Assembly (NCBI GenBank): GCA_965247285.1
Contig: CBDFHD010000002.1
Span: 364,499 to 428,498 of the forward strand
Origin: Candidatus Poribacteria bacterium
Lineage (GTDB): Bacteria > Poribacteria > WGA-4E > WGA-3G
DNA: 64,000 nucleotides
Direction of reading: 5' to 3'
Shown here: positions 30,309 through 40,530 of the stretch, in pieces
Layout: each line of letters starts with the position of its first letter
How positions within the stretch are numbered: the first letter of the stretch is position 1
Made by a program: the position numbers and the translations under genes
Notes under the pieces: model-generated
What the model was told of the DNA's origin: nothing
Databases searched by the model: none
Seen by the model: only the letters and a program-made list of their open reading frames with translations

Positions 30309-30597
30309 CAGTCTTTTCTGCTGAAGACTGAAGACTGAAGACTGAAAACTGATGGCTAACGGCTATCTGTTTGAAGTTATACCCAACTCTTTTTCCGAAA
30401 TCGGGATGTTAAAGACGGCACGATGTACTTGCATGATGGCTTTTCTAAATGTTGGCAGGGGCTTTTGTTTCGGGTTCAAATCCCTCCACTCCCAACGAGA
30501 TGATCTTTTTACGGGACTTCACGGAATGAAAGCCCAATGCTTTAGCTTTGGGATGAAATTCCGCCCTCTTGGAAAGGACCAAACGCCTAAAATAGAT

Positions 30598-30626
30598 TTG
30601 ACTTTCAGTCCAAATTGTGGTATAAT
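30598..30626 (+). promoter_or_regulatory. Element-internal sigma70 promoter for tnpB
   Basis: TTGACT-17-TATAAT with TGn. Confidence 0.7.
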
Positions 30627-30729
30627 TAGAGTATCACGTTGGAGACCGACATTTGTAGCGTTACCGCTTGGTAACGTGTCGGTTTCCTACCCACTACAAA
30701 GGGGTTAAAGGCGTGATACGTGAAAACCC

Positions 30730-31842
30730 ATGAAAACCTATAAATACCCGTTGGGTAAACAACTGAACACAATACGCATTGGTAATTTGCTTGACGATAT
30801 GTGGCAAGTGCATGAGTATTTCCATAAATGGCATCGTCAACGGTATAAAGACGGGCTGCCGTATGCGAACTACGCGGCAATGTGCACGCACCTCACTGAA
30901 CTTAAGAAAACCACACACCCACATTGGAACGCCTTGCCGAGCCAAGCGATCCAACAAGAGTTGAGACGGATTGACGCAGCGTATGACAGATTTTTCAAGA
31001 AACTCGGTGGTAGACCGAAAATCAAAAAGAGACACAAGTTTAAGTCTATCACCTATCCAGGAGAAGCGGGTTGGTCTCTGAAAAACAATCGTATCACCCT
31101 CACATTTCGCAAGTGGGATAAGGGTAAGTGGCGATTTGATAAAGTGCCTTACACTTTCCATAAACACCGCCAGTGGCACGGAACTATTAGTCGTATCACC
31201 ATCAAGCGAGATGCCTGTGGAAACTATTGGCTTTACATCATCACAACCTACACGGATTTTAAACCGCTGCCGACAACAGGTCAAAGCGTTGGGGCAGACT
31301 TCGGTATGAAAGACGCATATTTGACGCTTAGCACGAGTGAGAAGATACAACACCCACAACCTTTGAAACAGTCCTTGACGAAACTCCGCAAACTCAACAA
31401 AGCATTGAGCCGTAAGCAAAAAGGTTCGGGCGGTTGGTGGCGTGCTGTTCGTGAACTCGCACGGCTTTATCGAAAAATCATCAACCAACGCAAAGACTTT
31501 CATTGGCAACTCGCCACCGATCTTTGTAAGGCTTTCGACACAATCGCCATTGAAACTTTGAACCTGAAGGGCATGAAGAAACTTTGGGGATGTAAGGTCT
31601 CCGATCTCGCCTTCTACCAGTTCGTTGAGATATTGAAGTATAAGTGTATCAAACATAAGCGTCTTTTGAAGCAAGTCGGTCGATGGACTGCTACAACGAA
31701 ACCGTGTAGCGATTGTGGTTTTCACAACGAAACCCTAACACTTTCTGACAGACAGTGGATATGCCCTGAATGTGGTTCACACCACGATAGGGACATAAAC
31801 GCTGCGATAAACATATTGCGGGCAGGGATAGCCGTTATTTAA
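30730..31842 (+). CDS. tnpB: RNA-guided endonuclease TnpB
   Basis: RuvC VGADFG / IAIETLN / DRDINAAINI plus CSDC...CPEC zinc finger. Confidence 0.95.
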   Translation: MKTYKYPLGKQLNTIRIGNLLDDMWQVHEYFHKWHRQRYKDGLPYANYAAMCTHLTELKKTTHPHWNALPSQAIQQELRRIDAAYDRFFKKLGGRPKIKKRHKFKSITYPGEAGWSLKNNRITLTFRKWDKGKWRFDKVPYTFHKHRQWHGTISRITIKRDACGNYWLYIITTYTDFKPLPTTGQSVGADFGMKDAYLTLSTSEKIQHPQPLKQSLTKLRKLNKALSRKQKGSGGWWRAVRELARLYRKIINQRKDFHWQLATDLCKAFDTIAIETLNLKGMKKLWGCKVSDLAFYQFVEILKYKCIKHKRLLKQVGRWTATTKPCSDCGFHNETLTLSDRQWICPECGSHHDRDINAAINILRAGIAVI

Positions 31843-31989
31843 CGATATGCCTACGGTTTCCGTAGGGAAATGCCCACAGGTGGAGCGAAAATAAGACGGT
31901 GGACTCTACGAGAAAACCGCAGTCGCTATGAAACCGAAGCCCACGCCTTCAGGCGTTGGGTGCTATCACCGCACACCTGACCCCCATTG
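31800..31989 (+). ncRNA. Predicted omegaRNA (reRNA) scaffold plus guide of element 1; 5' end approximate
   Basis: Inferred from established TnpB biology: the scaffold spans the tnpB 3' end and right end, and the guide starts at 31970 (CGCACACCTGACCCCCATTG). Confidence 0.55.
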
Positions 31990-32031
31990 TGCTGAGTGTC
32001 AATGTCGCCTTCGCCGGGCATTTTAGTCATT

Positions 32032-33993
32032 TTAACTCAGCAAGATTCGATAACCCGTGCTGACGCCCGTTGCCATTCCAACAAGTGCCCAGATTCCAGC
32101 GCAGGTCATCTCGCCAAGCACAAGCCCAAGGAATATCGGCCTCGCACCTCGATACATTCTCAATCCCCCGTACCTGACGAGAATATACTTTATCATCCAG
32201 CCTATAAAGATTGAGGGCCACAGCTTTAATGAGGCCCAAGAACTAAGCATTGTATACCCGATTGGATGAAGCGGCCACCACACGAAAACCCTTCTCAGCC
32301 ACATCAACAGCCCCATGAAAAGGCTGCCTCCGACCATAAAACCTGTGTTCGTCCAGTCCGTCCCGGTCTCGGCGTTAACGAGCACAGAAGTCAGCCACCG
32401 CATGTCGCCCGCCCCGCCTGTGTACGGCGCACGATGTGCATAGCTGACCTTGAGGACGGAATAATATGAGACAAGGGTTCCGATAACCATCGCCGCGCCC
32501 ATACCTATTAACAGCCCCCTCCGTTTGACCTTGACTTCATCGGCCGCCTTGAGACCGTTTGCGACATACGGCATCATAATCTCCCTCAAGTCGCGCGTTA
32601 GAGAGACCGGATGCATAAACAGCGATGTCATGGTTGAAGGATTGATTCTCGCCGAACCCAGCGTGGTAAAGAGAACGTAATGCGCTGAATACGAAGGATT
32701 GACAAAAGGAATTCCTCCGTGGATGACTTGCCATGTCAAGACAATGTAAATTCCTAAAAGCACCAGCACAAAAAGCAGTGCGAATCCCAACGACATTCCC
32801 ATCAGATGATTTGCAAACGCTAGCAGCAATATCCCGCCGACGAGACCGGTAATTGCCAAACCAGAGGGCATCGCCTCGTTTGAGTCATCGCTTTTGCGAA
32901 AGGCACTGACAAGCATGCTTCTGATGTGATGCCGTGCTATGAAAAGGGTGTAGATGACAAAGGTGAGGCACGCACCGATTTCCTGAGAAGCGCTGAATGA
33001 ATACGCGTTCCACTGCACGCCTGGACCTTGGGTGATTTGGAAACCGAGCATCGAGCCGATAAGACATTGGAGTTTGAAGAATAGAAAGAAAAACCACAGG
33101 CTAAACGACACCTCAAGCGGCAGTAAATAGCTGAACCCCACTATCGAACAATACAAGTTGAGTTGCAAAGGTCTCAGTGCACTCCAAGGCTTTTCAATTA
33201 AGTAGGGATGGGGATTGAATCGGACGGGAAATTCCGGCACGCCAGGGAAGAACGCATGAAGGCCGTTCAACGTGTGAATGCATAGGGGAACGGCAAATCC
33301 GACCCATAATGCTTTGTTCCTGAAGAGTGAATTTCTCGCTCCCGGCGGGTTGTTTGCCATCTCCACAGGCAACACAACCAGCGGAAAGCTACACCGCTCA
33401 ATCTCGACCCATTGTCTGCGCAGCAGCACCGAGAGGCATATCACAACGAAGTAGAGGACAAACACGTAAAGTGTCCAAGCGAATAGAGGTATCAGCCATG
33501 CTCCCCAGGGGATGGATTCACCCAAAAAAATGCCTTCATAAAAGGATTTGATAGCATTCTCATCACGAACAACGCGCCAGTGGGGAATATATTGATGGAA
33601 AAGTGCTTCCCAATCATTTTCGGGTGTTGCAAAATACTGGTAGGCGACAAGCGGGCGAAACGCATATCTCATCATGCCTGTCGAAGGAATGCCGGAGGCG
33701 GCTGCCATGATACACCAGATCGTCACCAATTCACCCGCCGACAGTGCGAGTTTGGGAGAAACTGCGCTCAAGATGCGGTTGCCAATCAGCACCAGGATGG
33801 TCAGGACAAAAAATGGACCGACAGGAAAATGACCACCAGCGAGAAAGACATTGCGAATCACGTAATCATTGTAAGGCGCAATCATACATTCCCCGGCGGC
33901 ACAGACGAGCCCAATGAGAACTGCCCGCGATGATATGCCAACAGATTTGCTCGTGGGGTTTAAGTAAGTATCGAACCGTTTTGACTTGTTCAT
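32032..33993 (-). CDS. DUF6785/DUF6784-type polytopic membrane protein
   Basis: L...ELVTIW, FATPEN.W and C-terminal WWPLHPIGY...RP.FLGL.LG motifs. Paralog at 45033-46973. Confidence 0.75.
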   Translation of the reverse strand: MNKSKRFDTYLNPTSKSVGISSRAVLIGLVCAAGECMIAPYNDYVIRNVFLAGGHFPVGPFFVLTILVLIGNRILSAVSPKLALSAGELVTIWCIMAAASGIPSTGMMRYAFRPLVAYQYFATPENDWEALFHQYIPHWRVVRDENAIKSFYEGIFLGESIPWGAWLIPLFAWTLYVFVLYFVVICLSVLLRRQWVEIERCSFPLVVLPVEMANNPPGARNSLFRNKALWVGFAVPLCIHTLNGLHAFFPGVPEFPVRFNPHPYLIEKPWSALRPLQLNLYCSIVGFSYLLPLEVSFSLWFFFLFFKLQCLIGSMLGFQITQGPGVQWNAYSFSASQEIGACLTFVIYTLFIARHHIRSMLVSAFRKSDDSNEAMPSGLAITGLVGGILLLAFANHLMGMSLGFALLFVLVLLGIYIVLTWQVIHGGIPFVNPSYSAHYVLFTTLGSARINPSTMTSLFMHPVSLTRDLREIMMPYVANGLKAADEVKVKRRGLLIGMGAAMVIGTLVSYYSVLKVSYAHRAPYTGGAGDMRWLTSVLVNAETGTDWTNTGFMVGGSLFMGLLMWLRRVFVWWPLHPIGYTMLSSWASLKLWPSIFIGWMIKYILVRYGGLRMYRGARPIFLGLVLGEMTCAGIWALVGMATGVSTGYRILLS

Positions 33994-34037
33994 AACGCTT
34001 TGGCTGAAGCCGGATTTTGTCCAGTTGAAATGTCCAA

Positions 34038-35162
34038 TCAGTCGAGGGGATTGTCCGCCTCAAGCACTCGGCGTGCCGCAGAGGAGAGCCTTCCTTCCGC
34101 CGCGGCCCGTTCCACCCAATGGGCAGGTATGCCATTTGTCCACTTGGCCGGGCTTGCGTCGGGGTCTGGTGTCCGATAGGCTATCAGCAAGCCACATCGG
34201 GTCGGGGTTCCTGGCTTGCGATGGCCGACATGATGCGGCATGTGATGGGGAAACGAGACCATGCTCCCGGGCGGTAGCGAGAAGCGTACCATTTCCAACG
34301 GCTTGCGGGTGAAGGCGTGGATCTTTCCCTTCAGCCAGCCCGCTTTCATGGCGGCGTCATCATCGGGTCGCTCGGTGTTCCATTTGTACGGAATGCGGTA
34401 GAGATGAGCGCCCGGGATGACCCCAAGTTCGCCACCCTCCTCGATGGTTGCACCTTCTGGGTAGCAGAGCGTCCGAATACACTGCCGTTGCAGAAACTCG
34501 GTGGTAAGGGCGTGTCCGGTACCGATCGGATCTTCGACCTCGTACTGCCCCTGCCGATACTGGTGAGCATGCCACCGCCGCCCTATTGAGCCCGGCGTCC
34601 GGTTGAGCATGTTGCAGTGGTCGAGTATGAAGCGGTCACCGAAAAGTTTGGTGAATAGCTCCATCATCTGAGGGTGGGCGGTGGCGACATCCCTGATGAA
34701 GTCGTCGTATCCAATCGAGAAATGTTCCGGCATGACTCCCTGCGACTCGTACCGGCGTGTCACCAACGCAGGACCTGGGCCGAACAGCCCGGGGTCGCGC
34801 ATGTATTGCATCAGTCCTCGTGGCATGAAGCGCATCTGCTCTGAGCCCCCGCAACAAGTCGCCAAAAACTCCGGGGTGATTTGCTCCGGCAACGGCGGCT
34901 GTAGCCCCCGGCCCGCGAAGTCGATGGCAGCCCAGTCGGTGTCCATGACGATCTCATCGTTCATCTGCTGTAGTTTCTGCAAGCTCTCCGTCCACCGCTT
35001 GCGGCCGGCGTCGGTCAGTATACCCTCCCACACCCAATATCCTTCGCGCTCGAAGAATGTGCGGTCAAATGCCTGAAGCACTTCCGGCCGCAGCAGGTCA
35101 TGCACGCGGCTTGCTGGGGCGACGTTGTCGGTTTGACTCCAATGTATAGATGATGTGTCCAT
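34038..35162 (-). CDS. PhyH-like hypothetical protein (GC-rich)
   Basis: FEREGY.VW, RWHAH, VIPGAH and HHVGH motifs. Confidence 0.6.
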   Translation of the reverse strand: MDTSSIHWSQTDNVAPASRVHDLLRPEVLQAFDRTFFEREGYWVWEGILTDAGRKRWTESLQKLQQMNDEIVMDTDWAAIDFAGRGLQPPLPEQITPEFLATCCGGSEQMRFMPRGLMQYMRDPGLFGPGPALVTRRYESQGVMPEHFSIGYDDFIRDVATAHPQMMELFTKLFGDRFILDHCNMLNRTPGSIGRRWHAHQYRQGQYEVEDPIGTGHALTTEFLQRQCIRTLCYPEGATIEEGGELGVIPGAHLYRIPYKWNTERPDDDAAMKAGWLKGKIHAFTRKPLEMVRFSLPPGSMVSFPHHMPHHVGHRKPGTPTRCGLLIAYRTPDPDASPAKWTNGIPAHWVERAAAEGRLSSAARRVLEADNPLD

Positions 35163-35191
35163 TCGCTGTTCCTTTGATAGAAGTTCGACAG

Positions 35192-36811
35192 TTAAGATCT
35201 TTCGAGCGGATTCTTAGATACAGAAGAGCCAACGGTATCAATGGCAGTGCTAAATCCTGGACCTCCAGCCGCCACATAGCCATCGCTGGCGCCTGTTAAA
35301 TCGGGACTGACCCAGAAAGAATATAACTGTCCGTTTGTTAAATAAAACCTAAATTTCACCGACTTACCCGCCAGAGAAGATAAATCTTCTCCTTTTTTCC
35401 ACCTTACTAATTGACAGGTAGTATCCTTGCTTATGGGAACGCAGTTTATATGGGAATATGGCTCAATCACATTGCCTTGATCGTCTAAAATTTCAACTTG
35501 GAGCATACCCTTTTTTGTATTCGTATTCACAAAAAGATGCTTGCCCTTATTAAATATCACGGGTCTCGTTGTTAAAGATTCAGTAGATAAACCGGCATTC
35601 ATGGAAGCAAAACCGTCTCGGCGAAGTATTGCTAGTCCAGTCGTACCTCCTGCATACATATGTCTACCGAGTGTAGGTGACTCTCCGGACCAGGCGCCAA
35701 AATAAAAGTAAATCTTATCATTGACTACCAAACATCCACCACCTGCCGCATGAATATAACCCCTATTCCATCTGCCTTCCTTTCGCGATGCGGCTATAAA
35801 AGGACTGCGAACAGGTCTATGCCAGTGGAAACCATCGCGGCTATAACCTAACACCAGTTCATTAATCTTAGGGAATCCCCCTATGGCACATAGCTCATTG
35901 GGTGGACCTTTAAAAATTGCAAACAAGCCCAGAAGCAAGCTCTCATAGGCAACTGCGTTAACGTCATATAGCTGAGGTGAGTATCCGAGGTCAGGGTCAG
36001 CTGGGTCCAGTTCATCAGCTCTCGCCCAGAATACCACATCTTCCTTCTTCCATGAAGCGCCTTTGATAAAATCCTCGTGTTCGCGATAACTTCGGGTGCG
36101 TCCAAGCGTACGATGAGAGGTCCTAATACTGTAAACCCACTTTTTCCTGAAGGCATTATAGAAGAAAGTCGTATTATCCCCACAAGGACCCGTTCTTACT
36201 GGCTTCCCCCAGTGGATACCATCAAATGAGGTATAAACTTCCCCGCCTTCCCCGTCAGGAGAACGGAAGTATACAAACATTTTAAACCTTTGATTCGGGT
36301 CGTCTGTTTGGGGGTCTAACCAGACTGTGGCTCCATCTCGCCGATATCCTTCCCTTACCGGAAGTACCCTGTTAGTAGCTGGCACTACATCTAACATGGG
36401 TCTATCCCAATGTAAGCCATCTTCACTTATTGCATAACCAACACCATCGAACCATCCAGCATGATACCACATTTTAAATAACTGTTCTTCGGGATCATAA
36501 AAAACGCCGTCATTAAACGGAGAGGCAACCGGACATTTCCCATTATTGATCTCCAGTTGCGTTTCAGGCTTTAAAACCGGATTATCTTCATATAAGCGTG
36601 GTTTGTGAAAATCCCTTTTTAGATTGGTATTTTCAATGAGAAAGTCATCTACAAACAGTTGTCTTCCCTTATCTATATAAATAACTGTCGGGGGATTTTC
36701 TAAGTAGGGTACTGAGATAGGTGAAAGGGTTGTGTCACACAAATTTCGTGGGGGCCACTCTTCCGGCAGACGAATTCCATTATATAGAATTTCTTTCTCA
36801 TTATTTTCCAT
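35192..36811 (-). CDS. Five-bladed beta-propeller glycoside hydrolase (GH32/43-like clan)
   Basis: RQLFVDDFLI, S.DG.HW repeats, DNTTFFY and RRDGFAS motifs. Start at MENNEK. Confidence 0.7.
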   Translation of the reverse strand: MENNEKEILYNGIRLPEEWPPRNLCDTTLSPISVPYLENPPTVIYIDKGRQLFVDDFLIENTNLKRDFHKPRLYEDNPVLKPETQLEINNGKCPVASPFNDGVFYDPEEQLFKMWYHAGWFDGVGYAISEDGLHWDRPMLDVVPATNRVLPVREGYRRDGATVWLDPQTDDPNQRFKMFVYFRSPDGEGGEVYTSFDGIHWGKPVRTGPCGDNTTFFYNAFRKKWVYSIRTSHRTLGRTRSYREHEDFIKGASWKKEDVVFWARADELDPADPDLGYSPQLYDVNAVAYESLLLGLFAIFKGPPNELCAIGGFPKINELVLGYSRDGFHWHRPVRSPFIAASRKEGRWNRGYIHAAGGGCLVVNDKIYFYFGAWSGESPTLGRHMYAGGTTGLAILRRDGFASMNAGLSTESLTTRPVIFNKGKHLFVNTNTKKGMLQVEILDDQGNVIEPYSHINCVPISKDTTCQLVRWKKGEDLSSLAGKSVKFRFYLTNGQLYSFWVSPDLTGASDGYVAAGGPGFSTAIDTVGSSVSKNPLERS

Positions 36812-36857
36812 TATTTGAAAGCCTCCTTGCCTCTTCGTTCTCTCGAACTTTTTTATT

Positions 36858-38309
36858 TTAATGCTCATAAATTGGATTTGGGGGTATGCCCTGATCTTTG
36901 AATCGCTGGTAATCTCCGCTCCGAATGGGGATAAAATTACCGCGGATGCTGTAGATCCTGCCGTTGAAGAGTTTTACCTCGAGCCGCACCACCTTCTCCA
37001 TAAATTCTGAGACGGATGGGTGATTCTTCCACTTTGGTTCCCAAAAAAGATCATCACCCGTAAACGGTATGCAATCTTCAAAGGTATAACCTGGGTGAGG
37101 TTTCCCATCTGGATCTGTTATCTGAACCCGGACCTCCCCCTGAGGGGTCTCGACGTTGAGGATGAGTTTTTCACCGTGGAAGAAGAACAGCCGCGTCGTA
37201 AAAGATCCTGGACCGCTCTGCGGTTCAAAATAGGAAAATCCATCGAGCCTTAACTCGTGGGTTAATATTGCCCCTTCACCTAGATCCGGACGTGCGTGGA
37301 TCTGGGCATGTTCTCCCTTTGAGGCGCTGGAATAGATCCTGATCTTTTTGTCTTCAGTAATGACCATACTCGATGGGTAGATACAACCATACCCGAATTC
37401 ACCTGGCTCGGCGTTCGGTAAAAACGGCTCTCTGAGGGCTCGCTGGAAGTGCAACCCATTATAACTGTAAGCCAGTTGGCACCGCACCTTCCCATGTATG
37501 TACTTATTCGGGCTGTCAACAATAGGGGACACTTGATATATCCACAGGAATCCGACAAATATGCTCTCATAGGGGAAAACGGGCATACCATAGACCTCAG
37601 AGGCTGGCGTATCCTGGGCATCGGTCCGGATAGCCACCTCGGGTTGGGAGAAGGTACGCCAATCCTTGGTTTCATAAACCGAGATCCGGCGATCTCCCCC
37701 TTTAGGCCTTGCTGCAATAACGTAGCTACCCCGGATAGGGTTCCAGAAACCCGATACCGCCGGGTCTATTCCAAATGGGTGCCACCTAGCATCTTCGATG
37801 AGTTTCCAGGATAAACCATCGGGTGAAACATACAAAGGAGAGTGTCTTTGGGAGCCTTTTTTTAGGTTACTAGAACTGACAAAAGCCTTAATCCGCTCAG
37901 CGGCGTTATCCGTATGGGCATCAAAGAAACACGGGCCCCATTCGCCGAACCCTTCAAGAGGAAGGACCTGGTGAGAACAAGCACGATCTGGGATTTGTAT
38001 TTTATCCGATAGGTCTTTAATCTCCCATCTGACGCCGTCATCGCTTTCGACTGCTACCGCGACGTGCTGCATCCGACGGCCTGGCCTTGTGTATTGAGTA
38101 GCGAGTTGACCCTGATACAGACAACGCCAGCGACCGGTATTGGCGTCTACAAAGACAGTTGGATAGCCCCAGGAAGGATCGAGATGAGGGTCTATAAATA
38201 TCCCCTCAGTTACTAATTTAGGACGTCCGACATGACGGACGAGGTTTTCCCGGCGATGCAGGTACCAATCGTCAAAGAATAGTAGGGTCGAACTACCGTT
38301 ATTGTCCAT
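36858..38309 (-). CDS. Beta-propeller glycoside hydrolase-like paralog
   Basis: LLFFDD, SDDGVRW, SPDGLSW and RLDGFS motifs. Confidence 0.65.
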   Translation of the reverse strand: MDNNGSSTLLFFDDWYLHRRENLVRHVGRPKLVTEGIFIDPHLDPSWGYPTVFVDANTGRWRCLYQGQLATQYTRPGRRMQHVAVAVESDDGVRWEIKDLSDKIQIPDRACSHQVLPLEGFGEWGPCFFDAHTDNAAERIKAFVSSSNLKKGSQRHSPLYVSPDGLSWKLIEDARWHPFGIDPAVSGFWNPIRGSYVIAARPKGGDRRISVYETKDWRTFSQPEVAIRTDAQDTPASEVYGMPVFPYESIFVGFLWIYQVSPIVDSPNKYIHGKVRCQLAYSYNGLHFQRALREPFLPNAEPGEFGYGCIYPSSMVITEDKKIRIYSSASKGEHAQIHARPDLGEGAILTHELRLDGFSYFEPQSGPGSFTTRLFFFHGEKLILNVETPQGEVRVQITDPDGKPHPGYTFEDCIPFTGDDLFWEPKWKNHPSVSEFMEKVVRLEVKLFNGRIYSIRGNFIPIRSGDYQRFKDQGIPPNPIYEH

Positions 38310-38321
38310 GAAATTTTCTCC

Positions 38322-40295
38322 TTAATTCATCGGATACTCAGTAATAGAAGGTCCGTCTGCTATGTAGAACTTTCTGTCCGTAAACTGCCTCATAAGTTCG
38401 CCATTCTTTCTCTCGTCGAGAAACCTTGCATAGATAACATCGGATTTCAAAAGCGGATGGTTCTGTGGAAATACACTTCTATAACCCATAGGCCTATCTG
38501 ATCTGACGAACACGATGGCGTTCTCTATCTGCATCTTTTTGACGGCTTTCAGAATCTGCGCGTTTGCGCCCCAGTAGCCGTCCGAGTAGACTCTCAACAG
38601 ACTCGGTATGTTCGATGCGAAACCCAGGCAAAAGCAGGCTATGAGGATAATGGCAATGTAACCTTTCACTCTGCTTTTATCGACGATACCGAAGAGGTTG
38701 TGGACAATATCTGGCACGGCGGCTATTCCACGTGCGGTGAGCAGAACGAAGCCAGCAGTTGATGAAAACAGAACCCGGGGACCCAAACACCAGTCCTGAT
38801 GCCAGTAGGTAAAGTAGGCAAGTATCAGCGACGAGGCATAACCTATGAGAAGCAAATCCCAGGTATTTGCTTTTAAAGAGACGAATGCAAGGAAAACGAA
38901 GATCAGAGATGGAATAGGAAGCTCAAAGAGAAACTTGTTCAAGGCATTGAGGTTGTTGAGGGTCTGGATGAGACCCTGCCGGGGTGTATGAGGTTCACCC
39001 CAGCCACTATGACCAAAGCCGGGATTATGATCCTTGCCATGCAGGACGTGGTACCCGAAGGTAAGCGGATCGCCGTTCGTGAGAGAGTTGAACGTTAGGA
39101 GTCCTCCTAACATCACTCCGAACATTGCCAGCGCCGTGAAGCAGAGCACTGTAAAGCGAAATGATTCCTTCCTCGATGTCATAAACAGCATAACAAGTTT
39201 GGATATGGCATAGATAAGAAACGGAATGCCAATAGCAACAGCAGTCAGTGGGCGCATGTTGATCACATATCCCAGAGCAAACCCAGCCAGTAAAGCGTCC
39301 CTTGTCCTGAGTCTCTTTACCATACGCACAAATCCGAGCAGGAAAAGCTCGAAGAAGAAGAGTGTGGGTGTATGGTTCATATACTCAGACGACATGAAGA
39401 CCAAGAACGGTGACAAAGCACCCAGGAGTGCGGCCAGCCTTCCTATTCTTTCAGAGTATATTTCTTTCCCGATGAAATAGAGCACAACGATGCAGAGGGA
39501 TCCAAGCAAAGGGTTAATAATCCAGGGGGCGTGAAGAATGTGACCGAGACTCAGTAAGAGGGTCTGTCCCGGCGGATACTGGGAGTACCACCTGCCATTG
39601 TTAATCATGAGTGTGAAGTCGAAGAGTTCTCTGGGTTCAGGCGATGGAACAGTGAGCCTGCCCAGAAGAAATATCTTGGCATGGAAGACCTGGTCAACGC
39701 TGTCTGCGACGTGGGGTATGTGCTCGAAAAGGAAATAAGAACCCAGATTTGTTGCGGTGAAGACCAGGGCGAAAAGTGACGCGAGCAGCGTCCAAGCCGG
39801 CATCCCATAGAACCATCGCTCAATCTTTTGTCCTAGACTTCTCAGCTTAAAGATTAAAGTGTCCACCAGGGATGAGGCGCCGACGAATATCATCGTTATC
39901 CCCGCTGTTCCAAGCGTGAGGTATAACACAATTGGCCAGCCTTTCTCACTTGGCTTCAACGTGAAGAGTAGATATCCCAAAGCGAGAAGCAGAAGAGTCA
40001 GCCGCCGAGGCTGGCGGATAAGCGACTTAAGGCATTTCCGGGCCGAGGGGGTTATCAGAATCATGCCGACAAATAAAGCGGCTAACGACAGTAGAAAGGC
40101 ACCCGCAGATAAAGTGAACTCGGATCGGAAGAATTTAACCTCGATGAGCATATTCTCGCCAAGCGCGCTCTGGATATACTTCATCTTATAGGCCATTCCA
40201 GTTTCTCTAGCAGGATAAGTGATTTCGTTTGGCGCGCTCAGAGCCAGTATCAAGAAACCCGTTATTATCAGGATTAAACGCCAGATATATCTCAT
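38322..40295 (-). CDS. GT-C fold glycosyltransferase (ArnT/PMT, family 39-like)
   Basis: Multiple TM helices; PHVADS..QVF.AKIF, YSQYPPG, SSEYMNH and GPR motifs. Confidence 0.75.
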   Translation of the reverse strand: MRYIWRLILIITGFLILALSAPNEITYPARETGMAYKMKYIQSALGENMLIEVKFFRSEFTLSAGAFLLSLAALFVGMILITPSARKCLKSLIRQPRRLTLLLLALGYLLFTLKPSEKGWPIVLYLTLGTAGITMIFVGASSLVDTLIFKLRSLGQKIERWFYGMPAWTLLASLFALVFTATNLGSYFLFEHIPHVADSVDQVFHAKIFLLGRLTVPSPEPRELFDFTLMINNGRWYSQYPPGQTLLLSLGHILHAPWIINPLLGSLCIVVLYFIGKEIYSERIGRLAALLGALSPFLVFMSSEYMNHTPTLFFFELFLLGFVRMVKRLRTRDALLAGFALGYVINMRPLTAVAIGIPFLIYAISKLVMLFMTSRKESFRFTVLCFTALAMFGVMLGGLLTFNSLTNGDPLTFGYHVLHGKDHNPGFGHSGWGEPHTPRQGLIQTLNNLNALNKFLFELPIPSLIFVFLAFVSLKANTWDLLLIGYASSLILAYFTYWHQDWCLGPRVLFSSTAGFVLLTARGIAAVPDIVHNLFGIVDKSRVKGYIAIILIACFCLGFASNIPSLLRVYSDGYWGANAQILKAVKKMQIENAIVFVRSDRPMGYRSVFPQNHPLLKSDVIYARFLDERKNGELMRQFTDRKFYIADGPSITEYPMN

Positions 40296-40530
40296 TGCAG
40301 TGTTCTATCCATGCCTTTCGGGGGCTATCAGAAGAATGGATCAGGGAAAAGGGACGAGGGACGAGGAACGAGCAAGCGTCTGCTTTTTCATAACATGTTT
40401 GCTGCCAAAGAACCCGGGGAAATGAGAAAGCGGTGAAACCTCCGCTTTCTCACTTCCAAAAACTCGGCTTATGCGCTTCGCGGAGCATCTCATCTGCCGT
40501 TTGCGCCATAAGTTGTATCACAGGCAGGGT

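Larger units (their letters stand above)
30513..31969 (+). mobile_element. tnpB-only IS200/IS605 (IS1341-type) element 1, inserted 3' of TTAC
   Basis: Left end: TTAC|16 nt|AAAG|CCCAATGCTTTAGCTTTGGG. Right end: GAAG|CCCACGCCTTCAGGCGTTGGG...TCAC|. No tnpA inside. Confidence 0.85.

Noticed and set aside
30470-30494. tRNA-like GGGTTCAAATCCC...CCA segment
   Set aside because: It resembles a T-arm only; no acceptor stem partner, D-arm or anticodon arm can be folded upstream.
30513-30729. tnpA inside either tnpB element
   Set aside because: Only about 210 nt precede each tnpB, with no HUH/Y motif ORF.
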